NCBI GenBank assembly: GCA_014384375.1
Contig: JACNFY010000019.1
Span: 36,262 to 100,261 of the forward strand
Direction: 5' to 3'
Length of the DNA stretch: 64,000 bases
Source of the DNA: Nanobdellati archaeon
GTDB taxonomy: Archaea > Nanobdellota > Nanobdellia > Woesearchaeales > GCA-2686295
This document shows, one piece after another, positions 28,101 through 36,839 of this stretch. The notes under the pieces are model-generated. The model saw nothing but the letters and a program-made list of their open reading frames with translations, did no database searches and was not told the DNA's origin. The stretch's first letter is position 1; each line of letters starts with the position of its first letter. The position numbers and the translations under genes were made by a program.

Positions 28101-28753
28101 ATTTAGCAGAGAAAGCATATAAAGAGTTATATCCGGAAAAAATTCTTGATAGAAAAATAGAACTCAAATATTCTCGTCGTTTCAAGTCTTATAATGCTAA
28201 TGTGAGATATAATCCTAAGAAGATAATTTTCAGTCTTTCTAATGATTGGAAGGATGTTTTTGGGGAGATCCAGATTGGCTTGATTCAGAGTTTGCTGTTG
28301 AAAATATTCAAAGAGAAGAGAAAAACAATAAATATGGAATTATATGACAAGTTTATAAAGAATATTCCTAAGTTCTCAATCCCTACAAATGTTGACCTTG
28401 TTTTAGAGGAATCCTTTGATAGGATGAACAAAAAATACTTCTTTGACTTCTTGGAGAAACCAAACCTTGTGTGGGGTCAAGAGTCTTTTAGAAAGCTTGG
28501 CAGCTATGAATACGCTACTGATACGATAATCATTAGCAAAGTGTTAAAAGGTGAGAAAGAGTTATTGGACTATGTTATGCATCATGAAATGCTACATAAA
28601 AAGCTTAAATTTAATTCTAAGAATGGCAGAAATTATCACCATACATCAGAGTTCAAGAAGAGAGAGAAAGAGTTTGAAGATAAAGAGATTGAGAAAAAAC
28701 TAACTGCTTTCTTGAGGAAAAAACGTTTGAGAAAAGCTTTTAGATTCTTCTGA
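28097..28753 (+). CDS. HExxH zinc-metalloprotease-like protein (SprT/DUF45-like)
   Basis: The sequence YVMHHEMLHKKL...NYHHTSEF gives HExxH plus a downstream His. The gene overlaps aRF1 by 4 nt (ATGA). Confidence 0.45.
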   Translation: MNLAEKAYKELYPEKILDRKIELKYSRRFKSYNANVRYNPKKIIFSLSNDWKDVFGEIQIGLIQSLLLKIFKEKRKTINMELYDKFIKNIPKFSIPTNVDLVLEESFDRMNKKYFFDFLEKPNLVWGQESFRKLGSYEYATDTIIISKVLKGEKELLDYVMHHEMLHKKLKFNSKNGRNYHHTSEFKKREKEFEDKEIEKKLTAFLRKKRLRKAFRFF

Positions 28754-28816
28754 GCCAAATCATAACATATTTAAATAGACTTTTTTTCCTCAGAATTATA
28801 TCATTATGGTGATATC

Positions 28817-29215
28817 ATGGCAGAAATAAAGCATAAGAGTGTTGGAAGCTTACAAAAAGGGAACTATGTTATCCTTGAAGGTGCAGCGTGCATCGTTTCA
28901 GACATCAAAATTTCTAGACCTGGAAAGCATGGTCATGCAAAAGTCAACTTGACAGCAGTCGGGATGATTGACGAAAAAAAGAGGAACACTGTTATGCCCG
29001 GTCATGATAACATAGAGGTTCCTATCATTGACAAGAAGAATGCTCAGGTGTTGAGCGTGAGCGGAAACTCGGCTAATGTCATGGACATAGACACATATGA
29101 GACTTTCGACCTAGCAATACCTTCTGAGTTAAAAGGGCAAGTGAATGAAGGAGCTACCGTGGTTTATTGGGTTGTACTTAATGATAAGATTCTGAAACAA
29201 GTAAAGAGTGAATAA
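28817..29215 (+). CDS. eif5a: Translation initiation factor 5A (aIF5A)
   Basis: The hypusination loop ISRPGKHGHAKV is present and the 132-aa length is typical. Confidence 0.92.
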   Translation: MAEIKHKSVGSLQKGNYVILEGAACIVSDIKISRPGKHGHAKVNLTAVGMIDEKKRNTVMPGHDNIEVPIIDKKNAQVLSVSGNSANVMDIDTYETFDLAIPSELKGQVNEGATVVYWVVLNDKILKQVKSE

Positions 29216-29281
29216 ACATGGTCAAACAACAGAAATTAGAAATTTCTGAGCTTAACCAAAAAAACATTGGAGGTGTTTATT

Positions 29282-29443
29282 TTGGTTAAATTTCCTGAAG
29301 CAGAAGCAAGGCTTTTTCATAACATATTTATTTGTAAGAAATGCAAGTCTAAGATAAGAGCTCCAAATCTAAAAGTCTCAGAGGGTAAAGTTTCTTGCAG
29401 GAAATGTGGCTCAAAGGCACTAAGATCTGTTAGGAAGAAATAG
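29282..29443 (+). CDS. rpl40e: Ribosomal protein L40e
   Basis: Absent from the ORF track because it is only 53 aa. Hand translation gives (M)VKFPEAEARLFHNIFICKKCKSKIRAPNLKVSEGKVSCRKCGSKALRSVRKK. This has the FPEAEAR start and the CxxC...CxxC zinc ribbon of L40e. A TTG start at 29282 lies 7 nt after GGAGGTG (29269-29275). Confidence 0.8.
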   Translation: MVKFPEAEARLFHNIFICKKCKSKIRAPNLKVSEGKVSCRKCGSKALRSVRKK

Positions 29444-29479
29444 TAAATCTTTTATACTTCTTTTTTTCTTAAATTAAAA

Positions 29480-30649
29480 ATGAGTTTTTTATCTTTTGTA
29501 ATAGAGTACAAATTTGTTATCTTGTTTTATGTTCTCATAATAGCTATTGTCGTCGTAAACAAGAAGAAATTTGATTTTCAGGCAAAGTTTATTGCGTTAT
29601 ACAGAACACAGGTTGGCATAAAGTTGATGCATAAGTTCTCTGATTGGCTTGGAGGTTTTATAAGAGGATTTGGTTATGTAGGAATCTTTATTGGTTATGC
29701 TGGCATGGTTTTGATTCTCTACTTTATACTTGAGGGTTTTTACAAATTGATATTTGTTCCTGAAGCTCCTGCAACATTAGCACCTGTAATACCAGGTGTG
29801 CCAATACCTGGTAGTCCTATCTTTGTTCCATTCTGGTACGGTATAACTGCTTTATTTGTTGTTGTAGCTGTGCACGAGTTCTGCCATGGCATTGTATCTG
29901 CCGCTCACAATATAAAGGTTAAGAACTCAGGTATTGTGTTTTTCGGTCCTTTGATAGGCGCCTTTGTAGAACCTGATGAGAAGGAGTTGAAGAAGAAGAG
30001 TTGGTGGGCTCAAGAATCATTGTTCGCTGCTGGTCCAGTCGCAAATGGGGTGCTTTCAGTTGTAGTTATGTTATTGTTATTGTTTTTGTTATTTCCCATG
30101 ATGAGTAGCTTTGTCACTCCGACAGGCTTCTTTTTTGAAGATGTTACAGAGGATTATCCTGCTTTGGCTGCTGGAGTGCAGCCTAAGACGGTGTATTCAA
30201 CGATCAATAATGTGCCTGTGAACAACGCTTCTTACCTTAATGAGCTGTTGAACAATATCAAGCCTGGAGACCCAGTGGTGATAGGTAATGAAAACTTGAC
30301 GCATACTGTTATCACTACAGAGCATCCTGATAAGCCAGAGAAAGCATTTCTAGGAATTATAGGTTTACAGTCAAAGCACGCTCTTAAGGACTCTGCCCAG
30401 CAGTGGAAGTTTGATGTCTTAACTGTTATATCGAAATTTTTGCAGTGGGTTTTCATACTAAGTTTGGGTATTGGCTTAGCTAACCTTTTACCGCTTGGAC
30501 CTGTGGATGGTGGGAGAATGCTTCATCTGACACTGAAAAAATGGTTTGGTGAGAAGAGAGCAATGGTTGTTTTCTCGAAGATAACCGTGCTGTTGCTTGC
30601 TTTGATAATTATTCTGGTTATAGTGCCAATATTCAAGGCAGTTATTTAG
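29480..30649 (+). CDS. Site-2 protease family (M50) membrane metalloprotease with PDZ-like insert
   Basis: Contains HEFCHG (HExxH in a TM helix) and NLLPLGPVDGGRM (the LDG motif), plus multiple TM helices. Confidence 0.8.
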   Translation: MSFLSFVIEYKFVILFYVLIIAIVVVNKKKFDFQAKFIALYRTQVGIKLMHKFSDWLGGFIRGFGYVGIFIGYAGMVLILYFILEGFYKLIFVPEAPATLAPVIPGVPIPGSPIFVPFWYGITALFVVVAVHEFCHGIVSAAHNIKVKNSGIVFFGPLIGAFVEPDEKELKKKSWWAQESLFAAGPVANGVLSVVVMLLLLFLLFPMMSSFVTPTGFFFEDVTEDYPALAAGVQPKTVYSTINNVPVNNASYLNELLNNIKPGDPVVIGNENLTHTVITTEHPDKPEKAFLGIIGLQSKHALKDSAQQWKFDVLTVISKFLQWVFILSLGIGLANLLPLGPVDGGRMLHLTLKKWFGEKRAMVVFSKITVLLLALIIILVIVPIFKAVI

Positions 30650-31290
30650 GCTTTAATCTTTAGATAAACAAAGAAAAGAAGCAATATTATTATCTCTATG
30701 ACTATTATTAGTAGTAGTGGAAAGATGTATATGCACAGGAATGACTTCACCATTGATATCTTGTGGAGCTTTGCGACTCCGTAGATTCTTAGGTAAAGAG
30801 TGTAGATTGCTGCTATTATGGTTATGATTGCTGAGATTATGAAGATTAACAGAAAAAAGTTGTTCTTTAACAGAATAGTTGCTGATAGGAATATCATCGT
30901 TATAACGAAGAAGGGTGTTGCCAAGTAGTCAGGCGTCAAGCCATAGATCATGGCTTTGTAAGTGTCCTCGAACTTGTTATCATCTGAGAACATCCTTATG
31001 AAAAAATTAGTCAATGCAGGTCTAATGAAACTGATAAACAAGACAAAAATAGTGGTCAGGATATAAACCGAGATATAATTGGCTAATGATAAGTTAATAT
31101 CAAATCCGAATCTTGCAAATGTGTGTTTGAAATAGTAGAAAACCATGAATAGCTGGGTTATCAAAAGAAACACAACAATGTAACGTATTGGATGTTTTAG
31201 TCCTTTCTCCTTCTTTACTTTTTCAAAGAAATTACTTGGACTTACCAGTACGTGCTTTACCTTTCTTGCGAAGTTTTTCATTCTTTTCAA
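30646..31290 (-). CDS. Multi-pass membrane protein, Yip1-domain-like
   Basis: An N-terminal cytosolic segment VLVSPSNFFEKVKKEKGLKHP is followed by 5 TM helices, as in Yip1/DUF1282 proteins. The assignment is weak. Confidence 0.4.
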   Translation of the reverse strand: MKRMKNFARKVKHVLVSPSNFFEKVKKEKGLKHPIRYIVVFLLITQLFMVFYYFKHTFARFGFDINLSLANYISVYILTTIFVLFISFIRPALTNFFIRMFSDDNKFEDTYKAMIYGLTPDYLATPFFVITMIFLSATILLKNNFFLLIFIISAIITIIAAIYTLYLRIYGVAKLHKISMVKSFLCIYIFPLLLIIVIEIIILLLFFVYLKIKA

Positions 31291-31588
31291 AGTACTCCTT
31301 TACCTTTGCTATAACCTTTGGAGAAGCATTACTGCCAAGGATATAATAAACCTTCTCAGCCATCTCACCCCAAGAATAATCACCTTTTTCCTGTTTTATG
31401 TTATCCACTGTAAACTCTCCTGTGTCAACACCTTTTTTCAAATGATAATAGATAACTCTCTGACTAACCTTTGGAAACAACTCAAGATAAGCCTTGTGTA
31501 TCTCGTAGCCGTAAGCTTTCTTCATAAAATAGAGAATCTCAACTATGTTCTGCCTTACAACGCTTCCAACAGGTCTTCCAGCACTCAT
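31232..31588 (-). CDS. Winged helix-turn-helix transcriptional regulator (PadR/ArsR-like)
   Basis: Contains VRQNIVEILYFMKKAYGYEIHKAYLELFPKVSQRVIYYHLKKGVDTGEF, which gives the helix-turn-helix-wing pattern. Confidence 0.5.
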   Translation of the reverse strand: MSAGRPVGSVVRQNIVEILYFMKKAYGYEIHKAYLELFPKVSQRVIYYHLKKGVDTGEFTVDNIKQEKGDYSWGEMAEKVYYILGSNASPKVIAKVKEYFEKNEKLRKKGKARTGKSK

Positions 31589-31647
31589 GATTATTTCAAT
31601 ATTGAAAATAATTATATAAATTTTTTGGATTAGAATTCTTTTTGTTT

Positions 31648-33045
31648 TTAGAATTGCAGAGGTGTTGGATAAGAACCATCTTGGAAGCAGGCTCTGCAGT
31701 ATGACTTTCCAGGAACGGCCTCCATCATTCCTTTTGGACTTAGATATCCTATGGAATTAACGCCTAGATGTGCTGCGATTTGTTGCAGTTCATCTATGTT
31801 GCTAACATCTTTTATACTTAGACTATTTACTAGTAATTCCTCATTAGTTTTCATGTCAATGCCGTAGAAGCAAGGATTTATTATTGGTGGTGAGCTTACT
31901 CTCCAGTGGAGCTCTCTTGCACCAGCTCCCCAAAGCATCTCAGCAACTCCTTTTGAAGTGTTTCCTCTAACGATTGAGTCATCAACAACAACCAAACTTT
32001 TTCCTTGCACTATGCTCTTAACAGGATTAAACTTTCTTGCTACTCCTTTTTTCCTTGCTATATTTGTGTTAAGTATAAATGTTCTTCCAGTATGATGATT
32101 TCTTATGATACCAATATCATAAGGTATTCCTGATTCTTGAGAGTATCCTATAGCAGCAGAGTTTCCAGAATCAGGTACACTTACCACAACTTCAGCTCCA
32201 GGTGCAGGGTGTTCCTTTGCAAGAGTTCTTCCAAATCCTTTTCTAATTTTGTCAACATCAACACCTTCAGTTCTACTATCTGGTCTTGAGAAGTAAACAT
32301 ATTCAAAAATACACGGTGCTAACTTTGTTGTATTTGGGAGACTATCATACTTAATCCCTGTTTTGTTTATAGTTACTATTCCACCAGGTTCTACTGGGCC
32401 TAACTCCTCTACATCAGCTTCTTTTTCTTCTCTTAATATGTCAAAAGCACAGGTTTCAGAAGCCAATACATATGCGCTGTCTATTTTAGCTACCTCTAGC
32501 GGTCTGAAACCCCAAGGATCACGAACACCTATCAACTCATCATCTCTCATTATTATAACTGAATATGCACCGACTATCTCAGAGAATGAGTTCTTTATTT
32601 TACCTTGTATTGTATCTCCTTCAGCATGGTTTATCAAGAATCCAAAAATCTCTGAATCAATTTTTGTGGTGAACACAGCTTTTTTAGCTTGTAATTCTGC
32701 TCTTAAGAATTCATAGTTTGTTATATTACCATTATGAACTGTGGCAATCTCTCTGTCATCTTCGAGAGTAAAGTTAAATGGCTGAGTACATTCTGGTCCA
32801 TATTCATCACGAACTGTTGAATACCTATTTCCTCCAATTGCTATTTTTCCTTCTAATCCTTCCAATGATTTTTCATCTGGCCAAATTTCTTGGACAAGAC
32901 CAAGATGTTTATCAACTTTTATCTTTTCTCCATTATAGATTGCTATACCTGCGCCCTCACGACCCCTGTGCTGTAATGCAAATAGACCTGCATGGGTGTA
33001 GACTGCAGCTCTTTCAGAATTAAAAACTCCAAAGATCCCACACAT
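31648..33045 (-). CDS. purF: Amidophosphoribosyltransferase
   Basis: The N-terminal nucleophile is MCGIFGV. The PRTase motif is SLVVVDDSIVRGNTSK. A C-terminal Cys motif CRAC is present. Confidence 0.92.
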   Translation of the reverse strand: MCGIFGVFNSERAAVYTHAGLFALQHRGREGAGIAIYNGEKIKVDKHLGLVQEIWPDEKSLEGLEGKIAIGGNRYSTVRDEYGPECTQPFNFTLEDDREIATVHNGNITNYEFLRAELQAKKAVFTTKIDSEIFGFLINHAEGDTIQGKIKNSFSEIVGAYSVIIMRDDELIGVRDPWGFRPLEVAKIDSAYVLASETCAFDILREEKEADVEELGPVEPGGIVTINKTGIKYDSLPNTTKLAPCIFEYVYFSRPDSRTEGVDVDKIRKGFGRTLAKEHPAPGAEVVVSVPDSGNSAAIGYSQESGIPYDIGIIRNHHTGRTFILNTNIARKKGVARKFNPVKSIVQGKSLVVVDDSIVRGNTSKGVAEMLWGAGARELHWRVSSPPIINPCFYGIDMKTNEELLVNSLSIKDVSNIDELQQIAAHLGVNSIGYLSPKGMMEAVPGKSYCRACFQDGSYPTPLQF

Positions 33046-33136
33046 TATATATTTGAGAAAGAGAATTGTTATTTAAACTTTACTGTAGGGTAGTCATTAG
33101 ATAAAGTTTTAAAACTAGTTTTCTTTCTCTGAAATC

Positions 33137-34066
33137 ATGTACCTTTACTTTTTGAACAAGCAAAATCTGGATTTGAGTGTTGCTGAAGTACTTGCACTTG
33201 CAAACTCTGAGAAGTACGAATTAGTAAATAATTGTCTTCTTATAGATGAACTTGTTGATTATAAGAGATTAGCTTATACAAAGAGAATCTACAAGTTACT
33301 CTTCTTGACTGATAAAAAAAATTTGCTTAAAGACTTGAAATCCTTCAACTTCAACAAGGTTTACAAGAAGAGCTTCAAGCTGTCCTTGGTTAATAGCCCT
33401 GGTTATGATGTTGGAGAGCTGGCAGATATAATCTGGGATAATCTGAAGAATCCTAAGGCAGACATGAAGAATCCTAAAACTATTCTCGAAATAATCTTTT
33501 CTCAAAAAATATTTGCTTGTTTAAGACTGTGGGAGAACAAAGAGAAATTTGAAGAGAGAAAAGCTCATCTAAGACCTTACAATCACCCAACTTCTCTACA
33601 TCCAAGACTTGCTAGGTGTCTAGTTAATTTATCTACTTCAAATCAAGTAGTAGATACTTTCTGTGGCTCAGGAGGCATATTGATAGAAGCAGGATTAATT
33701 AGTTTGAAAGCAGTTGGCTATGACACTGATGAAATAATGCTTAAGAGAGCAAAGAAGAACCTTGATTCTTTCAAGATAAAAAATTACGAACTTCATAACA
33801 AGGATGCTTTAAAGGTTAATAAGAAATACAAATCAATAGTTACTGATTTGCCTTATGGTAAGAATTCAAGAGTGAAAGATTTGGAAAAAACATACTTTGA
33901 GTTCTTGAATAATTCTTTCAACTTTGTTGAGAAAATGATTCTTGTGTTTCCAGATTTTGTTAATGGAAAAAAATTAATTAAAAAAACAGGTTGGAAAATA
34001 AAAAACAATTTTAGTTATTATATTCATAAGAGTTTGACAAAAGAAATATTTGTCTTAATTAAATAG
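33137..34066 (+). CDS. THUMP-type RNA (guanine-N2) methyltransferase, Trm11/TrmG10-like
   Basis: SAM motif I is VDTFCGSGGILIEAG and motif IV is TDLPYG. The N-terminal region of about 140 aa is of THUMP-like length. Confidence 0.55.
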   Translation: MYLYFLNKQNLDLSVAEVLALANSEKYELVNNCLLIDELVDYKRLAYTKRIYKLLFLTDKKNLLKDLKSFNFNKVYKKSFKLSLVNSPGYDVGELADIIWDNLKNPKADMKNPKTILEIIFSQKIFACLRLWENKEKFEERKAHLRPYNHPTSLHPRLARCLVNLSTSNQVVDTFCGSGGILIEAGLISLKAVGYDTDEIMLKRAKKNLDSFKIKNYELHNKDALKVNKKYKSIVTDLPYGKNSRVKDLEKTYFEFLNNSFNFVEKMILVFPDFVNGKKLIKKTGWKIKNNFSYYIHKSLTKEIFVLIK

Positions 34067-35962
34067 ACTTAAGAAATTCTTTGCTGTGCGCAGAGCCATA
34101 GCAGCTTCTTCAATATCTATCTCTTCCTCTTTCTCAACTTTCCTTCTTATGTGGTGGATCTTCTTTATCTCTTCTATGAATGGTATTCTTACGCTGGATT
34201 TCAAACTATTGATAGCTTCTGTGAAAGATGTTGCTTCTGTGCCTACAACTTCTTTGTGTTTCTTTTTCAAGGCATCGTATATTGCGTCATCGCTTAGTAC
34301 GGCAAGTTTCTTTATCATCTCAAGTGCTTGACCCATTTTGTCTGCTTTGGCTTCTTCAGGTGTTTCCTTTATTTCTTCTGTTGGTTCTGGCTTTGTTGTT
34401 ATTTCCTCTGCTGCAGGTGTTTCTTCTTGTGGTTGTGGTGTAATAGGTGCTTCTTCTGTTTTTTCTGTTTCAATAGGCATCTCCTGTTGTGTTGTTGGAG
34501 TTGTTTCTTCTGGTTTTTTCTCTTCTTCTTTTGCTTCAAACTGAGGGAATATGAAATCATCTTCTTCTGAACCTTCTTCTAACTCTACAGGCTTTTCGGT
34601 TTCTTCAGGTTTTTCTTCTGGTTTAGGCAGTTCTTCCTTAGACACTTCCCCTTCAGGCTCTTCAGTTTTAACTTCTTCTTTTTCTTCTGGTAATGGTTCT
34701 TCAGAAGGTTCAGTCGTTATTATTTCTTCTCCAAGTTCTTCTGTTTTTATCGGCTCCTTTTCAGGCTCTTCTGTCCAGTCACTTTTCTTCTCACTGATGG
34801 GTTCTTCTGTAGTTTCTTCACTCTCTTTGGTCCACTCAGCTTCTTTTTCTTCTTTGCCTTCTTGTTTTTCATAAGCTTCAATATCGTCTAGGAATGCTAT
34901 GTCATCTTCAATATTGATAGGTTCTACTTCAGGCGTCTCTTCTGCTTTCTCGCTCGGAGCTGGCCTTGGGACATCTTCTTTTATTGGTTCTTCTTCAATT
35001 TCTTCCTTATGTTTTCTGATAATCCTATTTGCAAACAAGAGGTATATCTTTCCTTTTGTCATGCTAATAAAGACTTTTACTGGTTTTTCAAGGAATCCTT
35101 CAACTCTTTTTGTTATTCTAGCGATTTCTTCGCACTCTTTATCGTTCAGTTTCTGTTTCTCTCCTTCTTCTTTCAAGGCTTTCTTCACTAGGTTGTTATC
35201 TTTTATGTCCCTTACATATTGATGTTCTTGGAAATTTATCTTAGTGTTTTTTATGGTTAGAGTTCCTTTTGAAAAGACCATTACATCTTTATCGAATTCT
35301 TCATGGTAGTCTTGGAATCCAAGGAATGTTTTAACAACGATTTCTTCTTCATCGCTGTATGATTGCGCAGATACTTCTGTTTCTATCATTCTTTGAACTA
35401 TGACAGCCGTTTTCTCTTCTCCGTGAATGTCATTCTGTTTTCTGTACTTTAACGCTCTTGGAGTGTACAGTGATAGCCATGAGTTCCTGATGGCTTTTAT
35501 CAATGAGGTTTTTCCTTTCACGTTTTGAAAGATGCTTTCGTTGTTCTCAGAATCATCTACGTAGTTAGGGCTTCCTACCACTGTTAGGAATGGTTTGTCA
35601 ATTGTTGTTACGAGTTTCGCGATGTCTATGTGGTCCATGTCAATAGCTAATGTTTCGTAAGCTTCCAATAGCTCGTTCTCTTCTTTCTCTGAGAGATCAT
35701 ATCCAGAGAAAAGCTCCTTTATCTTTGCATAGGCTTCCTCTAATGATTCGTCGTTTGAGTAATCAGCTTCGCTGAGAATCTTGCTTATCTGTGGTTTGAG
35801 ATTGTTTTTCTCCATAAAGTCATCGAACAAAGAACTCTTTATGACAAAGCATATGGGAATGTTAAGCTTTTTATTAAACAGCTCTGCCAGGTCAACGGCT
35901 CTGAAGCCAGCAATATCTGTATCTGACCTGTTAATTTTGTTAAGAGTTAATATGTTATCCAT
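34055..35962 (-). CDS. PEP-utilising-enzyme N-terminal (PPDK_N)-like domain protein with a long acidic E/P/T/K-rich linker
   Basis: Residues 1 to about 320 are collinear by eye with PPDK_N/PEP synthase ATP-grasp domains (LIKAIRNSWLSLYTPRALKYRKQNDIHGEEKTAVIVQRMIE) but lack GGK and RSSA-type motifs. Residues from about 330 to 545 are low-complexity acidic sequence. Confidence 0.5.
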   Translation of the reverse strand: MDNILTLNKINRSDTDIAGFRAVDLAELFNKKLNIPICFVIKSSLFDDFMEKNNLKPQISKILSEADYSNDESLEEAYAKIKELFSGYDLSEKEENELLEAYETLAIDMDHIDIAKLVTTIDKPFLTVVGSPNYVDDSENNESIFQNVKGKTSLIKAIRNSWLSLYTPRALKYRKQNDIHGEEKTAVIVQRMIETEVSAQSYSDEEEIVVKTFLGFQDYHEEFDKDVMVFSKGTLTIKNTKINFQEHQYVRDIKDNNLVKKALKEEGEKQKLNDKECEEIARITKRVEGFLEKPVKVFISMTKGKIYLLFANRIIRKHKEEIEEEPIKEDVPRPAPSEKAEETPEVEPINIEDDIAFLDDIEAYEKQEGKEEKEAEWTKESEETTEEPISEKKSDWTEEPEKEPIKTEELGEEIITTEPSEEPLPEEKEEVKTEEPEGEVSKEELPKPEEKPEETEKPVELEEGSEEDDFIFPQFEAKEEEKKPEETTPTTQQEMPIETEKTEEAPITPQPQEETPAAEEITTKPEPTEEIKETPEEAKADKMGQALEMIKKLAVLSDDAIYDALKKKHKEVVGTEATSFTEAINSLKSSVRIPFIEEIKKIHHIRRKVEKEEEIDIEEAAMALRTAKNFLSLFN

Positions 35963-36019
35963 AGTCGAGATAATGATATGAGATTATTTAAACTTTATGA
36001 TTTTTCAGGAGTTAAAATT

Positions 36020-36805
36020 CTACTCCAAGAACTTCTTTGCTTCATCCACTGTTTTGTCGTGGTGGATTATTGCTTGTATGGCTTTTGTCAGACTAAATGG
36101 TTTGTCGTGCTGCCATATGTTTCTTCCGATTGCTAATCCGCTTGCTCCTATCTGCATTACTTCATGGGTCTTGTGCAGGAATTCTATTGGCTCTAGTTTG
36201 CTCCCTCCGGATATCACTACTTTTGTTCTGCCTGCGTTCTTCATAACCCATTTGAAACCTTCGAAGTCTCCGTTGTATTTTATCTTGACTATGTCAGCTC
36301 CTAGCTCTGCAGCTACTCTTGCGCAGTACGCTAGTAGGTTAGTGTTCATTGGGTCAGGAACGAACTTTCCTCTTGGATAGGCCCATATAATAGCTGGTAA
36401 GCCATAATCATGGGCTGTGTCGACAATTTTGCTGAACTCTGCCATCATCTCATCTTCGTTCTCGCTTCCATTGTAGATTGTGTAGCCAACTGCGTCTGCT
36501 CCAAGCTTTATAGCTCTTTCAACGGTGCATAGTTTTTTTGATATGGGTTCCATCTTTGTAATGCTTGTTTGGCCGTTTAGCTTCACGATGAGAGGGATGT
36601 CTTTGTAGTAGTCCTGGTAGTATTTTTCAGCCAGTCCATGTTGTAGTATTACACCGTTGTAGTGTCCTTCTAATGCGATGTCAAGAATGTAATTTGGATC
36701 AACATTTTTCATGTTTAAATCACTAGGACCATGTTCTAGTCCCTGGTCGTACGCTAGAAAGATTGCTTTTCCGTTAGTAAGAAGTTTGTTGATATGGATA
36801 GTCAC
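36020..36805 (-). CDS. fba: Class I fructose-bisphosphate aldolase, archaeal DhnA type
   Basis: Contains FLAYDQGLEHGP, VKLNG, DIVKIKY and GLAIGRNIWQ. The 261-aa length fits DhnA/FbaB family TIM barrels. Confidence 0.75.
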   Translation of the reverse strand: MTIHINKLLTNGKAIFLAYDQGLEHGPSDLNMKNVDPNYILDIALEGHYNGVILQHGLAEKYYQDYYKDIPLIVKLNGQTSITKMEPISKKLCTVERAIKLGADAVGYTIYNGSENEDEMMAEFSKIVDTAHDYGLPAIIWAYPRGKFVPDPMNTNLLAYCARVAAELGADIVKIKYNGDFEGFKWVMKNAGRTKVVISGGSKLEPIEFLHKTHEVMQIGASGLAIGRNIWQHDKPFSLTKAIQAIIHHDKTVDEAKKFLE

Positions 36806-36839
36806 TCTCTCACCCCTTTCCTAAATAAAGTATTTTCTT

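Noticed and set aside
29218-29289. A 23-codon ORF starting right after the aIF5A stop.
   Set aside because: The peptide has no recognisable features. Its 3' end contains the RBS and TTG start of the genuine L40e gene.
34300-34975. Periodic-looking repeats that might have been a CRISPR array or tandem repeat.
   Set aside because: The periodicity is at codon level (GAA/GAG/CCA/ACA runs) within one long ORF. There are no conserved direct repeats with unique spacers.
34086-35222. A stack of overlapping + strand ORFs (S/F/C/L-rich, 60-107 aa) across 34.1-35.2 kb.
   Set aside because: They lie antisense to the acidic low-complexity region of the 635-aa reverse-strand gene. GAA/GAG-rich codons read as TTC/CTC-rich stop-free frames on the other strand. 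Their composition is not protein-like.
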